Assembly: GCA_973895155.1 (NCBI GenBank)
Contig: OZ316895.1
Location: 1,626,412 to 1,690,411, forward strand
Source of the DNA: Marsupella aquatica
Lineage: Eukaryota; Plantae; Marchantiophyta
Direction of reading: 5' to 3'
Length of the DNA stretch: 64,000 nucleotides
Part shown: in pieces, positions 1 through 11,566 of the stretch
Position numbering within the stretch: position 1 is the stretch's first letter
Layout: the number at the start of each line of letters is the position of its first letter
The notes under the pieces: generated by a model
Database searches by the model: none
What the model saw: the letters and a program-made list of their open reading frames with translations, nothing else
What the model was told of the DNA's origin: nothing
Program-made: the position numbers and the translations under genes

Positions 1-495
1 AATGGGCAAACCCAAAAAGCATATACTGTCAAGTCCTGCCCTTATTTTCACTGTCTTGGTGGGGTGGGGCGCGAGAGGTAAGGGACCGGGGTTTGCCAAC
101 TCTTTCTCGATGCCAGAACTCATGAACCCTTGGTTTAGCCACAACGCCTACTCGGGGATGTTGGCCTCATATCCCACACATTTGCTGACGGGTCCTACTG
201 ATGTTCTGTCCAGTCATGGGGTTTATCCGGCCTCGTTTTTTGCGTCCCATTTCCCAGCAATATTCATCACCCAATTATCTCAAGCGTCTGCAATAGTCCA
301 TTGTTGTGGGTCATTGATTTCCCACCATTTGTTTGTATGTGTACTCATTGTTTTCGAGGAGTTCGTCCTAAAGCGGTGTTGGTGATCAATGTCGACATTT
401 TAGACTTTGGTAAGAGGAGGTGATATTATCCGACAACCCTGGACCCATGTTATAGAATGTTATTTCATGAATTTTTATATTGGCTTTCTCCGAAG

Positions 496-657
496 GCCAC
501 CATCGATCGTACAGAACTGTAGGGTACTTGGCAAAGCTCTACAAATGTCGTTTGGTGTAATCGAAGGTTCTTCGATCCACCAATCTAGGCATGCCACCAT
601 CGTACAGGACTGTACTTGGAGAGCTCTTCAATGTCGTTTGATGTAATCGAAGCTTCG
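496..657. repeat. Degenerate direct repeat, 2 copies of about 70 bp
   Basis: GCCACCATCG..TACAG(A/G)ACTGTA..CTTGG..AGCTCT..AATGTCGTTTG(G/A)TGTAATCGAAG occurs at about 496-570 and about 592-657. Confidence 0.75.
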
Positions 658-729
658 GTACATCAATTATATTACAGCAGTTGTATGAGCGCATGCATTC
701 AGTTGCTGTCAAATTTTCGTCGACGGAAA

Positions 730-851
730 GAAATCTCAGTCAAATTACTGTTGTACAGTACGAAAAATGTACAAAACGTACCTGCAAGGAGAAATCTCAG
801 TCAAATTACTGTTGTACAGTACGAAAAATGTACAAAACGTACCTGCAAGGA
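730..851. repeat. Perfect 61-bp tandem duplication
   Basis: 730-790 is identical to 791-851 (GAAATCTCAGTCAAATTACTG...CCTGCAAGGA). Confidence 0.95.
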
Positions 852-1479
852 GTGACGAGAAGATATCGTACATCGGACAGTTTGAAGTTCTCATAATCTC
901 CTTTATATATTGTGCCTGTCCACCCACGATGGTTGAGATCAGCTGAACATGACATTTCTCGAAAACTCGGAAACACGTATCTGGACGTACCGGCCATAAG
1001 TTCAGAATGATGGTGGCGGGATTTCTGGGAAGACATCCGGTCCGACTATCATCAAGGAGCCACTAGTAGTTGGCGAACGATCGCGACATCTTGATGATTT
1101 TCAGTCATCCTCAATCGATACATTCGACGAGGCCGGTCACGTGGATGATGAGAACCTGGACTCCTGGAGTGTGCTGTCAAGGCTTGTACAGAGTCAATAT
1201 GTTAGGTAGGCCGTTAGTTGTTCCTTCCTACTCGCCATTAATATCAGATATTCAGAATGCAACGCCACCCGTTTTCTTCAGTCCGCTTAAATTTCCATAT
1301 CACTCCTTCAGAGCTGCAGAAGTTCTCAAGCTGAATAGACAGACTTAGAACTCGCGGGACCAGAAGGTGAGTTGACTGGAAAGTTTTTCAAGAGAGGGAA
1401 ATTCAAAGGGAATGAACGAGAGGTCGATGACATTCGTTGTACTGCTATAAGTTCCCTTAAAGAATCAGAGATTGCGGTT

Positions 1480-3005
1480 ATGACAGGGGGTGTGAGTCAG
1501 GCAAGCGGAGCGGTGCTACTGGTACTGTTAATTGCAACTACTTGGTCCTCGAATTGTCAACTCCAAGCAGCGGAGGATGGAACCGAACGTCATGGCGCGA
1601 GGCCTACGAGATTTGTGACAGTAGAGGAGCACCGTGGAGTGAAGTCAGCCGAAGTGAGCGTAGAAAAGAATGCTCTGGAAGCTCGCAATAGGTGGCCTGG
1701 AGATGATGACAGAGGGCCAGGAGATCGCTCAGGAGACGACCACAGAGGGCCTGGAGACCGAGGTGATGGTCGAGGTCCAGGAGATGGCCGAGATCCTAGA
1801 GATGAACGGGGTCCTGGAGACGACCACAGAGGTCCTGGAGATCACCGAGGTCCCGGTGATGGTCGAGGTCCAGGAGATGGCCGAGATCCTAGAGATGGAC
1901 GGGGTCCTGGAGATGGACGGGGTCCCGGTGATGGTCGCGATCCTGGAGATGGCCGAGGACCAGGTAGGCCGAGCTCCGCTTCCCCTGGAGCTGAAACGAA
2001 TGTGGCTGGCTCAGTTTTCTGCTCTCGTTGCAGCGAACTCGACACAACTCCCATGCTAGGTGACTCCCTGTCCTCAATATTCTGAACTCGTTGCAGCAAT
2101 GTAGTCGAGAATGTAGTACAGGCATAGCAATGTAGTTCTGGCATAGGCTCAGTACGTGAGTTCAACAAATCTTTTGCCTGAGTCGCACTCTCGATGGCTC
2201 TGAGTGTCTGACGAAGCTAGATCTGCATTGCAAATATCATTCAAAGCAGTAGGCTAGCAGTCAGCTTTTGAAGGTTTATCATATTTCTGTAACATGCGAG
2301 AGTTTAATTCTTATATGTGAATGTGCTACATCAGGTACTGAATTAACCCTGCTGTGTCCACGTCCTCCTGGAAATGGTGGTCACCGAGCTCGAGATCCAC
2401 TTCTTTATGTGGCTTCTGCGTTGACTTCTAAGGATGGCTCGTTCCTGCTGTCCATCAACTCAACCTTCGGGGACATCCTCCATCGATGCGTCATCGCCAT
2501 CGTACTGGGCTCTAACTCGAATTGTGACCTTCCGCCGCATTCTGGGGACTCCATCCCATTGTCCACCTTGGAGTCGTCCATCGTTGCTCCAACTGGGCAG
2601 CTTGTCTACGCGCTTCCGTCCATCTCCTTGCGTCCGACAACACGTCCCCTTTCTTGCGGCAGCAGTAAACCGACAGGTACGAGGAGAAATCTCTTGAATG
2701 CGCAACTTGATCTGCAAGTCCAGCATGCTGATCATGATCACCATGATGAAGGACTAAATGAAAGTGATCATCCTCAGAAAGGTCACAAAGCTGCAACAAT
2801 CTGGCCTTCGATTCCTAAGATGGTCGATCATCATTTGACCACAACTAACGTCAAACCCAATTCAAGGAAGCTAGCTCAAATCACTGTGAATATACCTCCC
2901 ATCCCCAATATTCCGCCGATACCTCAAATTCCCCCCATTCCTCCCATTCCTCCCATTCCAAGTATTCCTCGGGCGCCATCATCCTCGAGCGCTCCGAAAC
3001 CATAG
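1480..3005 (+). CDS. Secreted Pollen Ole e 1/extensin-family protein with N-terminal GDGRGP repeats and C-terminal (IPP)n tail; exons 1480-2059, 2335-3005
   Basis: ATG at 1480 followed by a hydrophobic signal peptide (AVLLVLLIATTW). A phase-1 GT-AG intron (2060-2334) joins VAGSVFCSRC..PMLG/TELTLLC..TSKDGSF..CVIAIV..SNCDLP, the Ole e 1 Cys pattern. Stop TAG at 3003-3005. Confidence 0.85.
1695..1966 (+). repeat. Coding tandem repeat, 18-21 bp units encoding (P)GDGRG / GDDHRG / RDP
   Basis: About 14 imperfect units such as GGAGATGGCCGAGGTCCA within exon 1. Confidence 0.9.
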
Positions 3006-5096
3006 CCAGTTAGCTCGATCGATGAACTGTCCGTAGCCACGCATGTAGCCCGCACCATCAGTAAAGTAATGCGAATAGCAGTAGCTGCATAGTGGCCACG
3101 ATGATCATGCACGAAAGTTCGTCTCGATGATTATTATGTTGTGTCCATGCATCCGAATTACTGTTTTGGGTTCGTCTAGTCGTCGATTACGGATATCACG
3201 CATTTCTGTATGGTAGAAGTGGGACTCCTTAGGCAGAGAGCATTTTGTGAATCAGCTTGTACTTTGCGGTAGATATCAAATATATCCGAATCTTGGTGCA
3301 TAGTATATATATGCGGGAGTATATCTGTATAAAGCATGGAACTCACACAAAGTTTCTATGCCGAAGGGATCATCGGAAAATCCATATATGCTAGCAACTT
3401 TTGAATCCACGCAGTACGTGGCCTTCGTCTGTCCCATGAGCCATGTTTGTAGCGAATTTCGAAAGGTTCACTATAGTCTATTTTCACGAGTTGAATGTTA
3501 TCTCGGTCCATATTGTTGAATGCAAGTTGAAGATTGAAAAGTTCTGAAAGCGTACAGTGAGTGCGACTACATGTGTAGCATTTTCTTTGAATGATGTCGA
3601 TCATTGACACAGATGGATGATATAGCAACTGCGAAACTAGTCTTTCTGTGTTCATCGCATTCGTATTGTCTACATATATACTGGAAGTCCACGTGTATGA
3701 CTTAGCGGTGAGGTTTTACTTTACCTGAGGAAGGGTTTGATAGGGCTTTTGATCTCCACGTGATGAGGAGGCGTCCAGGGAATTTGATAAGTTGTGGTGC
3801 CTTTAGAGTACATTTCCATTGAAACTTTATCTCCGTCTGTCGTTATTTCCACCTGTGAATCTCTAAGTGGCAATTCGCGAAATGTCAGAATCGATTTTGT
3901 TTACAGTACGTGGTCCGATTCAATTGTGTCTTTCCTTACCAATAAGTTGACAGGCTGTACGTGACCAACCCAAGGCTCATCGTGCCGATGTGAACTCAGC
4001 CTACAGGTCTCATTGAATTGGTCTTTTTCTTCCTGCTAAGATCCTCATTTCCTCTCATATGCAATCGGACCCTTTTCTTTTCAATAATTTTGATTCGCGT
4101 TCGATCAGTTGTTTCTATTAAACAATCAATAAGTCCCGCAATCAGCCTCATTCAATTGAATTAGAGGTGAAAATCCCGGCTAGCCGTTCCAGACATCCGT
4201 TATATATCATGGATGTGAATGAGTACCAGATATGGGTCAGGGTTGAGAATGGACGAAACCGCTGCCTAGTAAAAGTTCTCGAGTAATGGGAATGTATAGC
4301 GGTGCAACTCCACTACGGTACTCGATCATCCGTTCAAGGATGCGAAGGAGTTCATGCCTATCACTTGTTAGCAAATGATCCAAAATAATCCTAATCGTCC
4401 TTTTTGTCAGGCTTTTTGACTTCGTTACGCTAGACGTACAGGCTGGACCCGTTAATTTTACAGTTTATTAGAGAATGGGAAAAAGATCAAAGTCTCTCAG
4501 GAGTGAATTCTAGTCTTTGAAATCATTCTAGAGGAATCTTTCGAGAAGACGACGCGAAGCGCTGACGCAAGTTGCCCGTGTTAGCATGACCCCAAGTCCC
4601 CTATGTTGCGAAGAGTTTCGTTGCCCGAAAAGGTTCTTGGATGTACACAATGCGGACGAAATGGATCTACCTTTTTGGGTAAAAGGATTGAAGAGTGTAC
4701 TTGCAACAAGCGTAGTAGACAGAACCGGTGGGTCGACGGGGTCTAAGCCAACTGCCTCTCTAACGCAGAACGTTTTCTGACAGGACTTTAACGGGTCACA
4801 CCTCTCCCTCGTGTAACTCCCGAAGCTTTTAAAGCGTCCAAATCGGAACCCAATCTTTGCTTTCGTGATCTTCACCCATCCTATTAAGTTCAAGCATGCT
4901 AACAGACCCTTGCGTCCAATGGCGATGATACAGGCGTACACGATGTTGATATTGCAGACTAGCCAATGGTTTACCACTATAAAGAAAGAGCCAATAACAC
5001 CGGATGGTGTTCCTGACACCATATTATTTATTGTTAACTCCACTAATCCTGATGTTATAGGACAAGTCATATTGATATTAATGCACAATTTGCACA

Positions 5097-5272
5097 CGTC
5101 AATTGGTCAACTGGTCAACTGGTCAATTGGTGACGAGTGAGTAAGTCAGTTGGTCCGTCTGACGTTATTCTGGGGTCGTTTCGTCACTCCGCCCTGCTTG
5201 CTCAAGTCAAATTCGAGGCCGCGCCGCCCCATGTACCACTATCCGGAAAATGCTTGGGGAATTAAGGTATAA
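5097..5272 (+). promoter_or_regulatory. W-box (TTGACY) and TGACG cluster plus putative TATA upstream of the small secreted protein
   Basis: GGTCAA (reverse TTGACC) at 5105, 5113 and 5121; AGTCAA at 5205; TGACG/CGTCA at 5097, 5131, 5160 and 5182; TATAAG at about 5268. Confidence 0.55.
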
Positions 5273-5293
5273 GAGAAACCAGAAAATCCCCTG

Positions 5294-5630
5294 AGCTTCA
5301 TTCTTCGCCGCTTCAGCACTGCTACAAGACTCCAAGATTAGCATATCGTAGCAGCGTCAACATCACGCAGAAACCAAGTGTGAAGTCGCTTTCTGGCGAG
5401 TTCTTATACGAACTAAGGCAGAAAGTCGATCCCAGAGCTTTCATTCTTCACTGTCGCCACCTCTGCCGCATTACAGGACGACAAGGTTAGCGTAGCAGCA
5501 TCGATCTGACGTAGAACCCAAGTCCATAGCTAGCTTCATTCTTCACTCCAGCACTACCAGAGCACAGAACTACAAATCATCACACGTACAAAGCAAGTAA
5601 AAGTCGGTTGCAGCTTTCTGACGAGTTCTT
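5294..5630 (+). repeat. Three diverged tandem units in the putative 5' leader
   Basis: AGCTT(T)CATTCTTC at about 5295, 5436 and 5532; TTAGC..CGTAGCAGC..AGAA(A/C)CCAAGT twice; GCTTTCTG(G/A)CGAGTTCTT twice. Confidence 0.75.
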
Positions 5631-5647
5631 CAGCAAGTCCGAACACC

Positions 5648-6046
5648 ATGGCAAGACAACACAGCAGCATGGGCACAGCAAAACTGCTGCAGGTCCTCGC
5701 GATAATCTCTAGCATCCTCATCGCCAGAACCTCAGCTGCAGCGGGCTTCATACGATGCCTGGATGGCGCACTCAACGGCGGCAGGGGCGACATCCCCATA
5801 CATAACTTCATCTACAGCTTCGACAACGGGCAAACTTTCACTTCCGGCGCCGCAGACGAGCACTGCGGCGAGATGCGTGGGGACCTAAGCTTTGCGAATG
5901 ATTATCAGAATTGCCAGGGCAATGAGGGGGGCAGCGAGTCGACCGCGTTTTGGATCACGAGCGATGGTTGCTATAATATTCAGTCGGGCGGATATCATAT
6001 CTACTGCTGTGGGGTGAACGGTGAGGGGCGTTGCAACACTTCGTAG
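5648..6046 (+). CDS. Small secreted cysteine-rich protein (132 aa, intronless), family not recognised
   Basis: ACCATGG start context; signal peptide LLQVLAIISSILIARTSAAA; mature part of about 100 aa is Gly-rich with 7 Cys including a YCC motif; GC-rich codons. Confidence 0.75.
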   Translation: MARQHSSMGTAKLLQVLAIISSILIARTSAAAGFIRCLDGALNGGRGDIPIHNFIYSFDNGQTFTSGAADEHCGEMRGDLSFANDYQNCQGNEGGSESTAFWITSDGCYNIQSGGYHIYCCGVNGEGRCNTS

Positions 6047-7098
6047 GGCTGTTTGCATGGATTACTGAAGCCACCATCTGAATGTTGAGCCCGGGAGAAG
6101 GGGCCCTCGTTTGGGGCTTGGGATGTTATGATTGACAGTAGTATGTTTATGCATAGAGTTCTATATGGTGAGAGATATGCTAGCTTTATCAAGCTTCATT
6201 TAGAATGAGAGAGAAAAACTGTGAAGTGACTGCTTGTGTAGGTGAGAGACATGATAGGTTTATCTAATCTCATTTAGAATGAGAGAGATTGTGGAGTGAC
6301 TGTCTAATACTGTCAAAATGCAGTATTATTTTGTAATAAAGCGAAAGAGTTAAACTCTTGTTTGAGTAGTTTTTAATGAGTCAATTGGGGTTATCTGCAT
6401 GTTGTTCCCATTTTGGCAAAAAGCTTCAGCCTTCTCAGACTCTTGAAAGTTTGGGTCAGCTTACTACTGCATTTTAAATACTCCTATCAAAGAATTATGT
6501 CTTGCAAATATGACTCAATAAGCCTCTAGAACAATTTCGGTTTCAAGCTATACCCGAGTATGATGAGTAGTTGATCTAACGAGCAATTGACAATTTTTTA
6601 GATACTGCTCTAGTCTTCAGTTTTTTAGTCGACCTCACAAACTTGCTACACAGACCTCGTATTAATCCAAGGATAACGCACCACCGGTTTCTCCTCGGAG
6701 GGGCATTCCTAGCTTTAGATACAGTGCCACACAGAAAACGTCTACAACTCTCACTAACATAATACCAACTCCTTAACTCCATGGAACGTTACGACGCCCT
6801 CAAAATCTAGATTTTAAGTCAACATAATCTAGATCTTCACAGCACCGATTGGGAATTCCGAGGCAGAGCAAATATCCAAAACGATCACCATTCATGTGTA
6901 ATTTCAAATATATTACAAAACAGATAAGAGTTGCAACGCCCACAAAGTCTCTTGAGAAATTTAAAGAAGTTGATGAGGAATGCAACTGGGATCAATGAAA
7001 CTTTTGTAATTTCTACTGAATGATGTTAGATTACATGTTCTGAGGTACATGTTCTGAATGTTTCTGAGGTACAAAGAGCATTAGTTTAAGCAGAATTG

Positions 7099-8691
7099 AT
7101 GAAAACAGAACATCCAACAACAAATCATCGAACTTGGTTTGTTGTAATACACACTGGCGAGGCGTTTACTACTAGTGGACGCTTTCTTCAACGAAGCTTA
7201 CAGGTGCTGTCTGGGTCCATGTCTCTGGAACTTAAAGTGAACCAAGCCGGAAAGAACACTGTATGTGTTTAATATCTCTGCTTTGTACTGTTTTTCTTGC
7301 AGTCCTTTCCAAGAAGGATGCAATATTTGTGTGAGTTAGGTCCTAGTCATGAAAAGTATTACCAAGATGCGCAGCTATATTTCAGCTCGTTTTATTTGGT
7401 TCTAGCGCAGAAGCCACAACCTTTCTCCGTTGAGCTCGTCAAGAAGCAAGCTCGAAATTAACGTTTACTGTCGTTTCTGTGTAATGAAGGCTATCGATGG
7501 CATTGACAACGGTGTAAATATATCAATATGACACTAACCTCCAGCCAAAGTATGTAGAGGGGACGAATCTATCTATATACAGTGGAATTGGACTCTAACA
7601 CTGGCTTCCTAAAGCCGGATTCTAATTCCAAAACGAATGGTTTGAGAAAGTTCGCGGAAGAGGTACAACTGATGATCGAAGACAGAGTGTTTGAAGAGTT
7701 GGATGTGGCCTATGCTTATCACGCCATGCTCGCCAGGAACGATAAAGATGTGTTTGCCTGGTTTGAGGCTCGGTTTGAGGGAAGCTACGAGTTGCAAGAG
7801 AGAAATGTATATTCACCAACTGCATCAATTTCGCTCTTTAAAAGAGCCTCGTATTCACTTGCAACGGTGTCGCCCTTTAAAGTAGCCTGTTACAAACCTG
7901 CAACAACTTCGCTATTTGAAACATCCTCGTAATAAGCCAACCTCTGAAGCATTCAATACTATTTTAGCCGCAGCATGCAAGCTCTGATCATAGATACTGA
8001 CTTGATCACATATGTAGAATGTCGTAGAACAGTAATGACTGAAAGCTGGCTTGCCTATCATTCAATTCCACTTCAGCAGGAGTGGAATAGGATGTGGATA
8101 TCTCCCATGATCGAACAACCGTAAATCTGCAAAGTGTTCAAGCTAAAATTGATTTAGATTCCAAGAAATTGAAAGGGCGAGCTTCACTTCCAGTGCATGA
8201 ACTTGGATAGTGTCCTGGAGAGAGCACAAGCAATGGGGCAGAGAGCGTTCCATTTTAAATTCGAATGCCTTTGCAAAAGCATGGAAGATACAATCATCTC
8301 GACCACCCTTCGTCTGATTGGATTGTTGTACGCTTTTCTGTGGGATCAGTGCATGGGAATCATCACCAGGAAAAACTGTTTGAACATCAATCAAACTCAA
8401 TCAGAAATTTTGATTTTGGCTACCTTAAATGCTGATTTGTTTTTTAAGTGACTTCCACGGACGGGTGTGTACTAGCAATGTGGTCATTTTCTTGCTCGCA
8501 GGATCTTTTTACGATTATGGCAACTGTGGGCAACAGATTGTTTAGAAAGATCCTGTCCGAACAATGTCGTGGGTGATGAAGAACTTGGATCTTCAAAAAG
8601 AACCGAACGACTTCTTACTAGGATTGATTCGGACGTACATTTCACTGCGTACCTTGGTGACTGTCCCTGTGGCGCAATATTCCACCAATGA
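7099..8691 (+). CDS. Tentative uncharacterised multi-exon gene (about 7099-7203, 7303-7330, 7583-7806, 8194-8327, 8502-8691)
   Basis: Phase-compatible GT-AG chain giving ..SFPRRMQYL/LELDSNTGFLKP..VFAWFEARFEGSYELQERN..TTLRLIGL/LIFLRLWQLW..CPCGAIFHQ*. Strong GTAAGT donor 9 nt after the stop. No homolog recognised and the internal exon choice is uncertain. Confidence 0.4.
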
Positions 8692-8879
8692 GTGCGAATT
8701 GTAAGTCTACTGCTTATACTTCCTTAATTATACTTGAACATATAAAACTTGAAAAACAGCTTTGTGTGGAAGGTACGTCAGAGGACCTTAGGGTATCGCA
8801 ATGAATAGCTATGTGATGAAGTGTACGACTACATCCGAAAGCTGAGAGCACTTTATGAATCGATTTTTTTTCTCCTTAC

Positions 8880-11005
8880 TCAAGTGAGGTCTGGTCCCCG
8901 GTTGTAGACGTCATTCCTGAAAAATTCCATGACCGCAATGGCCCTTTCATGTGAAAGATCGGTGTGCTTTTTTAAAGATTCCGCCGTCGCTTGCGATATT
9001 GCTTCCAGGGATCCCATACCGTACAGCAACTGTGATGTTAAGTCAAAAGCGTCGCCAAACTTAAAGATTGTATGAGAGACAGTTTTCTCGATATCTAGTA
9101 GGAAATTCTGGTCAGGTTTCAATTGCACAGGCGAGTTTGCTTTCCAGCAATTAAAGCAGACCGTCACAAGGAAAACAAGCTCCGAAAAAACTGACTGGCA
9201 ATGTGCACGTTGTAGAGTGAGATGTGCCAATTACCGAGTGTGCATCGTGCAATTCCAATCCTGGAATTGAGCAGATTGCATGAATAACTGCATCTGAGGA
9301 GCTCACAAATTCCAATTGCTGGATAGTTGGCCAAAGTGAGATATCATAATTTCGAGGTGATTCGATGCAGATTATGGAAGAATAGTATGCTGATGTGATT
9401 GGTCACTTCGTTGAAGAACTCGAAACCATAAATTACTACCTCGTCTACTACTTGCCAGCTGAAAGGAGCTTTAATGCTGATGACTTTACTTTTTCAGTCG
9501 TTATTACAAACTTAGACGTGACCGAAATGGAACTGTCAGGATACTGAACGTTTACGCATCTCAAACTTCTACATCTTACGCGAACTGCTAAGACGGCTAA
9601 GTTGGCTCCGGATTTGTACCTGAGCAATTCCGAATGCGGCCGACCCTTGATACTTGCTGGTTGTGGAATCTTGATGCTTGCTAGCTGTGGGAATGCGCAC
9701 ACGAGTCACTTCAGTCTATTGAAAGTCATGCTCCTATTTAATTGAAGGTTTCTGACGTTGTCCTAGTTGGTTAGTACCTAAGACAAGTAATATGTTCTGC
9801 ACATTTCCAGCGAAACCCGGGGAAATGAAGGCCAAATCCTCTGAAGATTACTATTCAGAGCCAGAAAATGATATCATTACATTGCCCCAAGGCTATCACA
9901 GTCAATTGATCGTAATTAAATATGCATTTTGCTCTTAGGTCCTTGTAATAATAGTAGTCAGTGGAAGAAAGTATATACCTGCATAACCATCGGCCATCTG
10001 AGCCATAGTTTGCACAGCCATACTCCAGTCTTGTATTGGCATAACACACGTTTTCCTCAGTTTGTGCCTATTGCTGGAGTAAAAGTGGGAGTCAGCGGAT
10101 TCCATCTGAGTTTGCGGACTGTTTTTCCAATTAGTTTTTACTCTAGCAAAAGATCGAGTGATTTGTATTTGTTTTCATGACTGGCTAGGATTGATATGCA
10201 GGGCTAAGTACTACGTGATGCTACCTGAAGTACACTTCGATAAATCGGGTATCTTCGTTTATGCGAAGAGTTATCAAGAGATAAGAACGCTGGAAGTTGT
10301 TAGCCATCTTGAGCACCCTGTGACACCACAACATTGTCTCTTTTAACTGGAATCGCATTCGGAACCGTGAGCGTATGAGCAAGCGACGGATTTCACTGAT
10401 GAAATGAAGGACCGGAAAGGTGACAATGGCACCTCCTTACGGCCGGTTCAAGAACCAGACAAATCATAAGAAGCTACGTAGTACACTAATCAAGGAATCA
10501 TAAAATCGTGCGGTCCAAATACCAAACTGAAGAGAAACGTGCCGACTATAATAAGTAAGCTTCATTTTGACAGAGTTCCATTATTGATAGCAATGAACCT
10601 GTCCCACGCGTCTGGCGTTTCAAGCTGGTCCTCGTGTAGGAAAACAATGAACGCAGCTGAAGCTCCGCGGTTGTTGAAAATGAAATCCTGTTCATAGAGG
10701 AGTTATCAGCAAATATCCCACAGATCCTCCCGAAACACATGCACAGCGATCTATGACTGTTCTGAATGAGATTTAGTTTTTTCATATTCGATGAAACCTC
10801 ACTGGCAGTGTTTCTTGATCTGCCTTAGTTTGCTCTCCTAGAAGAAAGTATGAAAAAGTAAAGTGTGCGAGCATCAGGATCGTACAGGAGATATTGACGA
10901 GAACTTTAGGCGATAGCCGGATGCCTCCAACGTGGACGATAGTGATGATATACTCTGTGGATCTGTCTCCCTCCACCGAGTGCTGGTGATACACATTCGT
11001 GACAT
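8880..11005 (-). CDS. PTD: PARTING DANCERS (PTD/SPO16-like, ERCC1-like ZMM meiotic crossover protein), about 231 aa; exons 11005-10886, 10687-10599, 10317-10225, 10073-9979, 9684-9620, 9318-9235, 9029-8880
   Basis: Seven phase-consistent GT-AG exons totalling 696 nt. MCITSTRWRE..SGYRLKFSSISP/DFIFNNRGASAAF../RVLKMANNFQRSYLLITL../..ICSIPGLELHDAHS/LLYGMGSLEAISQATAESLKKHTDLSHERAIAVMEFF aligns colinearly with Arabidopsis PTD as recalled (..[26 protein letters not shown]..RFF). Confidence 0.88.
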
Positions 11006-11493
11006 TTCTGCACAATGAGCATGTGCAAAGCATAAAAATGACACTCACTCTTTTGAATTCGAAATTAATTAGTGTTGATTGGCACGTCCTGCCTTTCGCA
11101 TGTCTTCATCCCCGGCAGCAAATTCCTGCAAAGCAAGCTGAGAGAACAAGATGGTAACAACTCGGCTTGGAATGGACTTGAGAATTGCAAAACCGATCCC
11201 GTCAGCTTGCAAAGCGGTGAATTCTTACACGCAGTTTTAGTAGTTGGGAGCTTCGAAACAAGACTCATCAGAGCTTATTGGGGCCCGATTATGAGCGAAG
11301 AGGATCGGACCGCAACAACGACCGATAAAGGTCTAGCTAGTGCTCTAATCAAGTCAATCCATGTAAAACTGAGCATTCTGCAACACTCTTGATTCCCGTC
11401 AGTAGATTCCAGAAATACACTTCTTCTTTTTTATACGAATACGGTGCTTATATTAACTACTTATAAAACAAGTCTTGGTCAGAGAAGCAACAA

Positions 11494-11566
11494 GCGCCTG
11501 TAGCTCAGTGGATAGAGCGTCTGTTTCCTAAGCAGAAAGTCACAGGTTCGACCCCTGTCTGGCGCG
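11494..11566 (+). tRNA. trnR-CCU: tRNA-Arg (anticodon CCT)
   Basis: 73-nt cloverleaf: GCGCCTG acceptor stem, A-box TAGCTCAGTGG, anticodon CCT at 11527-11529, B-box GGTTCGACCC. Upstream TATA and CAA motifs and a downstream T4 are typical of plant nuclear tRNA genes. Confidence 0.95.

Noticed and set aside
2-1348. Several 60-127 aa ORFs at the window start
   Set aside because: No recognisable motifs; several are products of the 61-bp and 70-bp duplications.
1670-2168. Alternative-frame and antisense ORFs over the GDGRGP repeat
   Set aside because: Shadows of a stop-poor coding repeat.
3356-5140. ORFs 3356-3655(-), 4528-5097(-) and overlapping + ORFs
   Set aside because: No homology or consistent splice chain could be built; a decayed gene cannot be excluded.
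10803-11125. Extra candidate PTD exons (10837-10803 and 11125-11048)
   Set aside because: The first breaks the phase. The second has stops in all frames and is at most a 5'UTR exon. Exon 11005-10886 aligns better.
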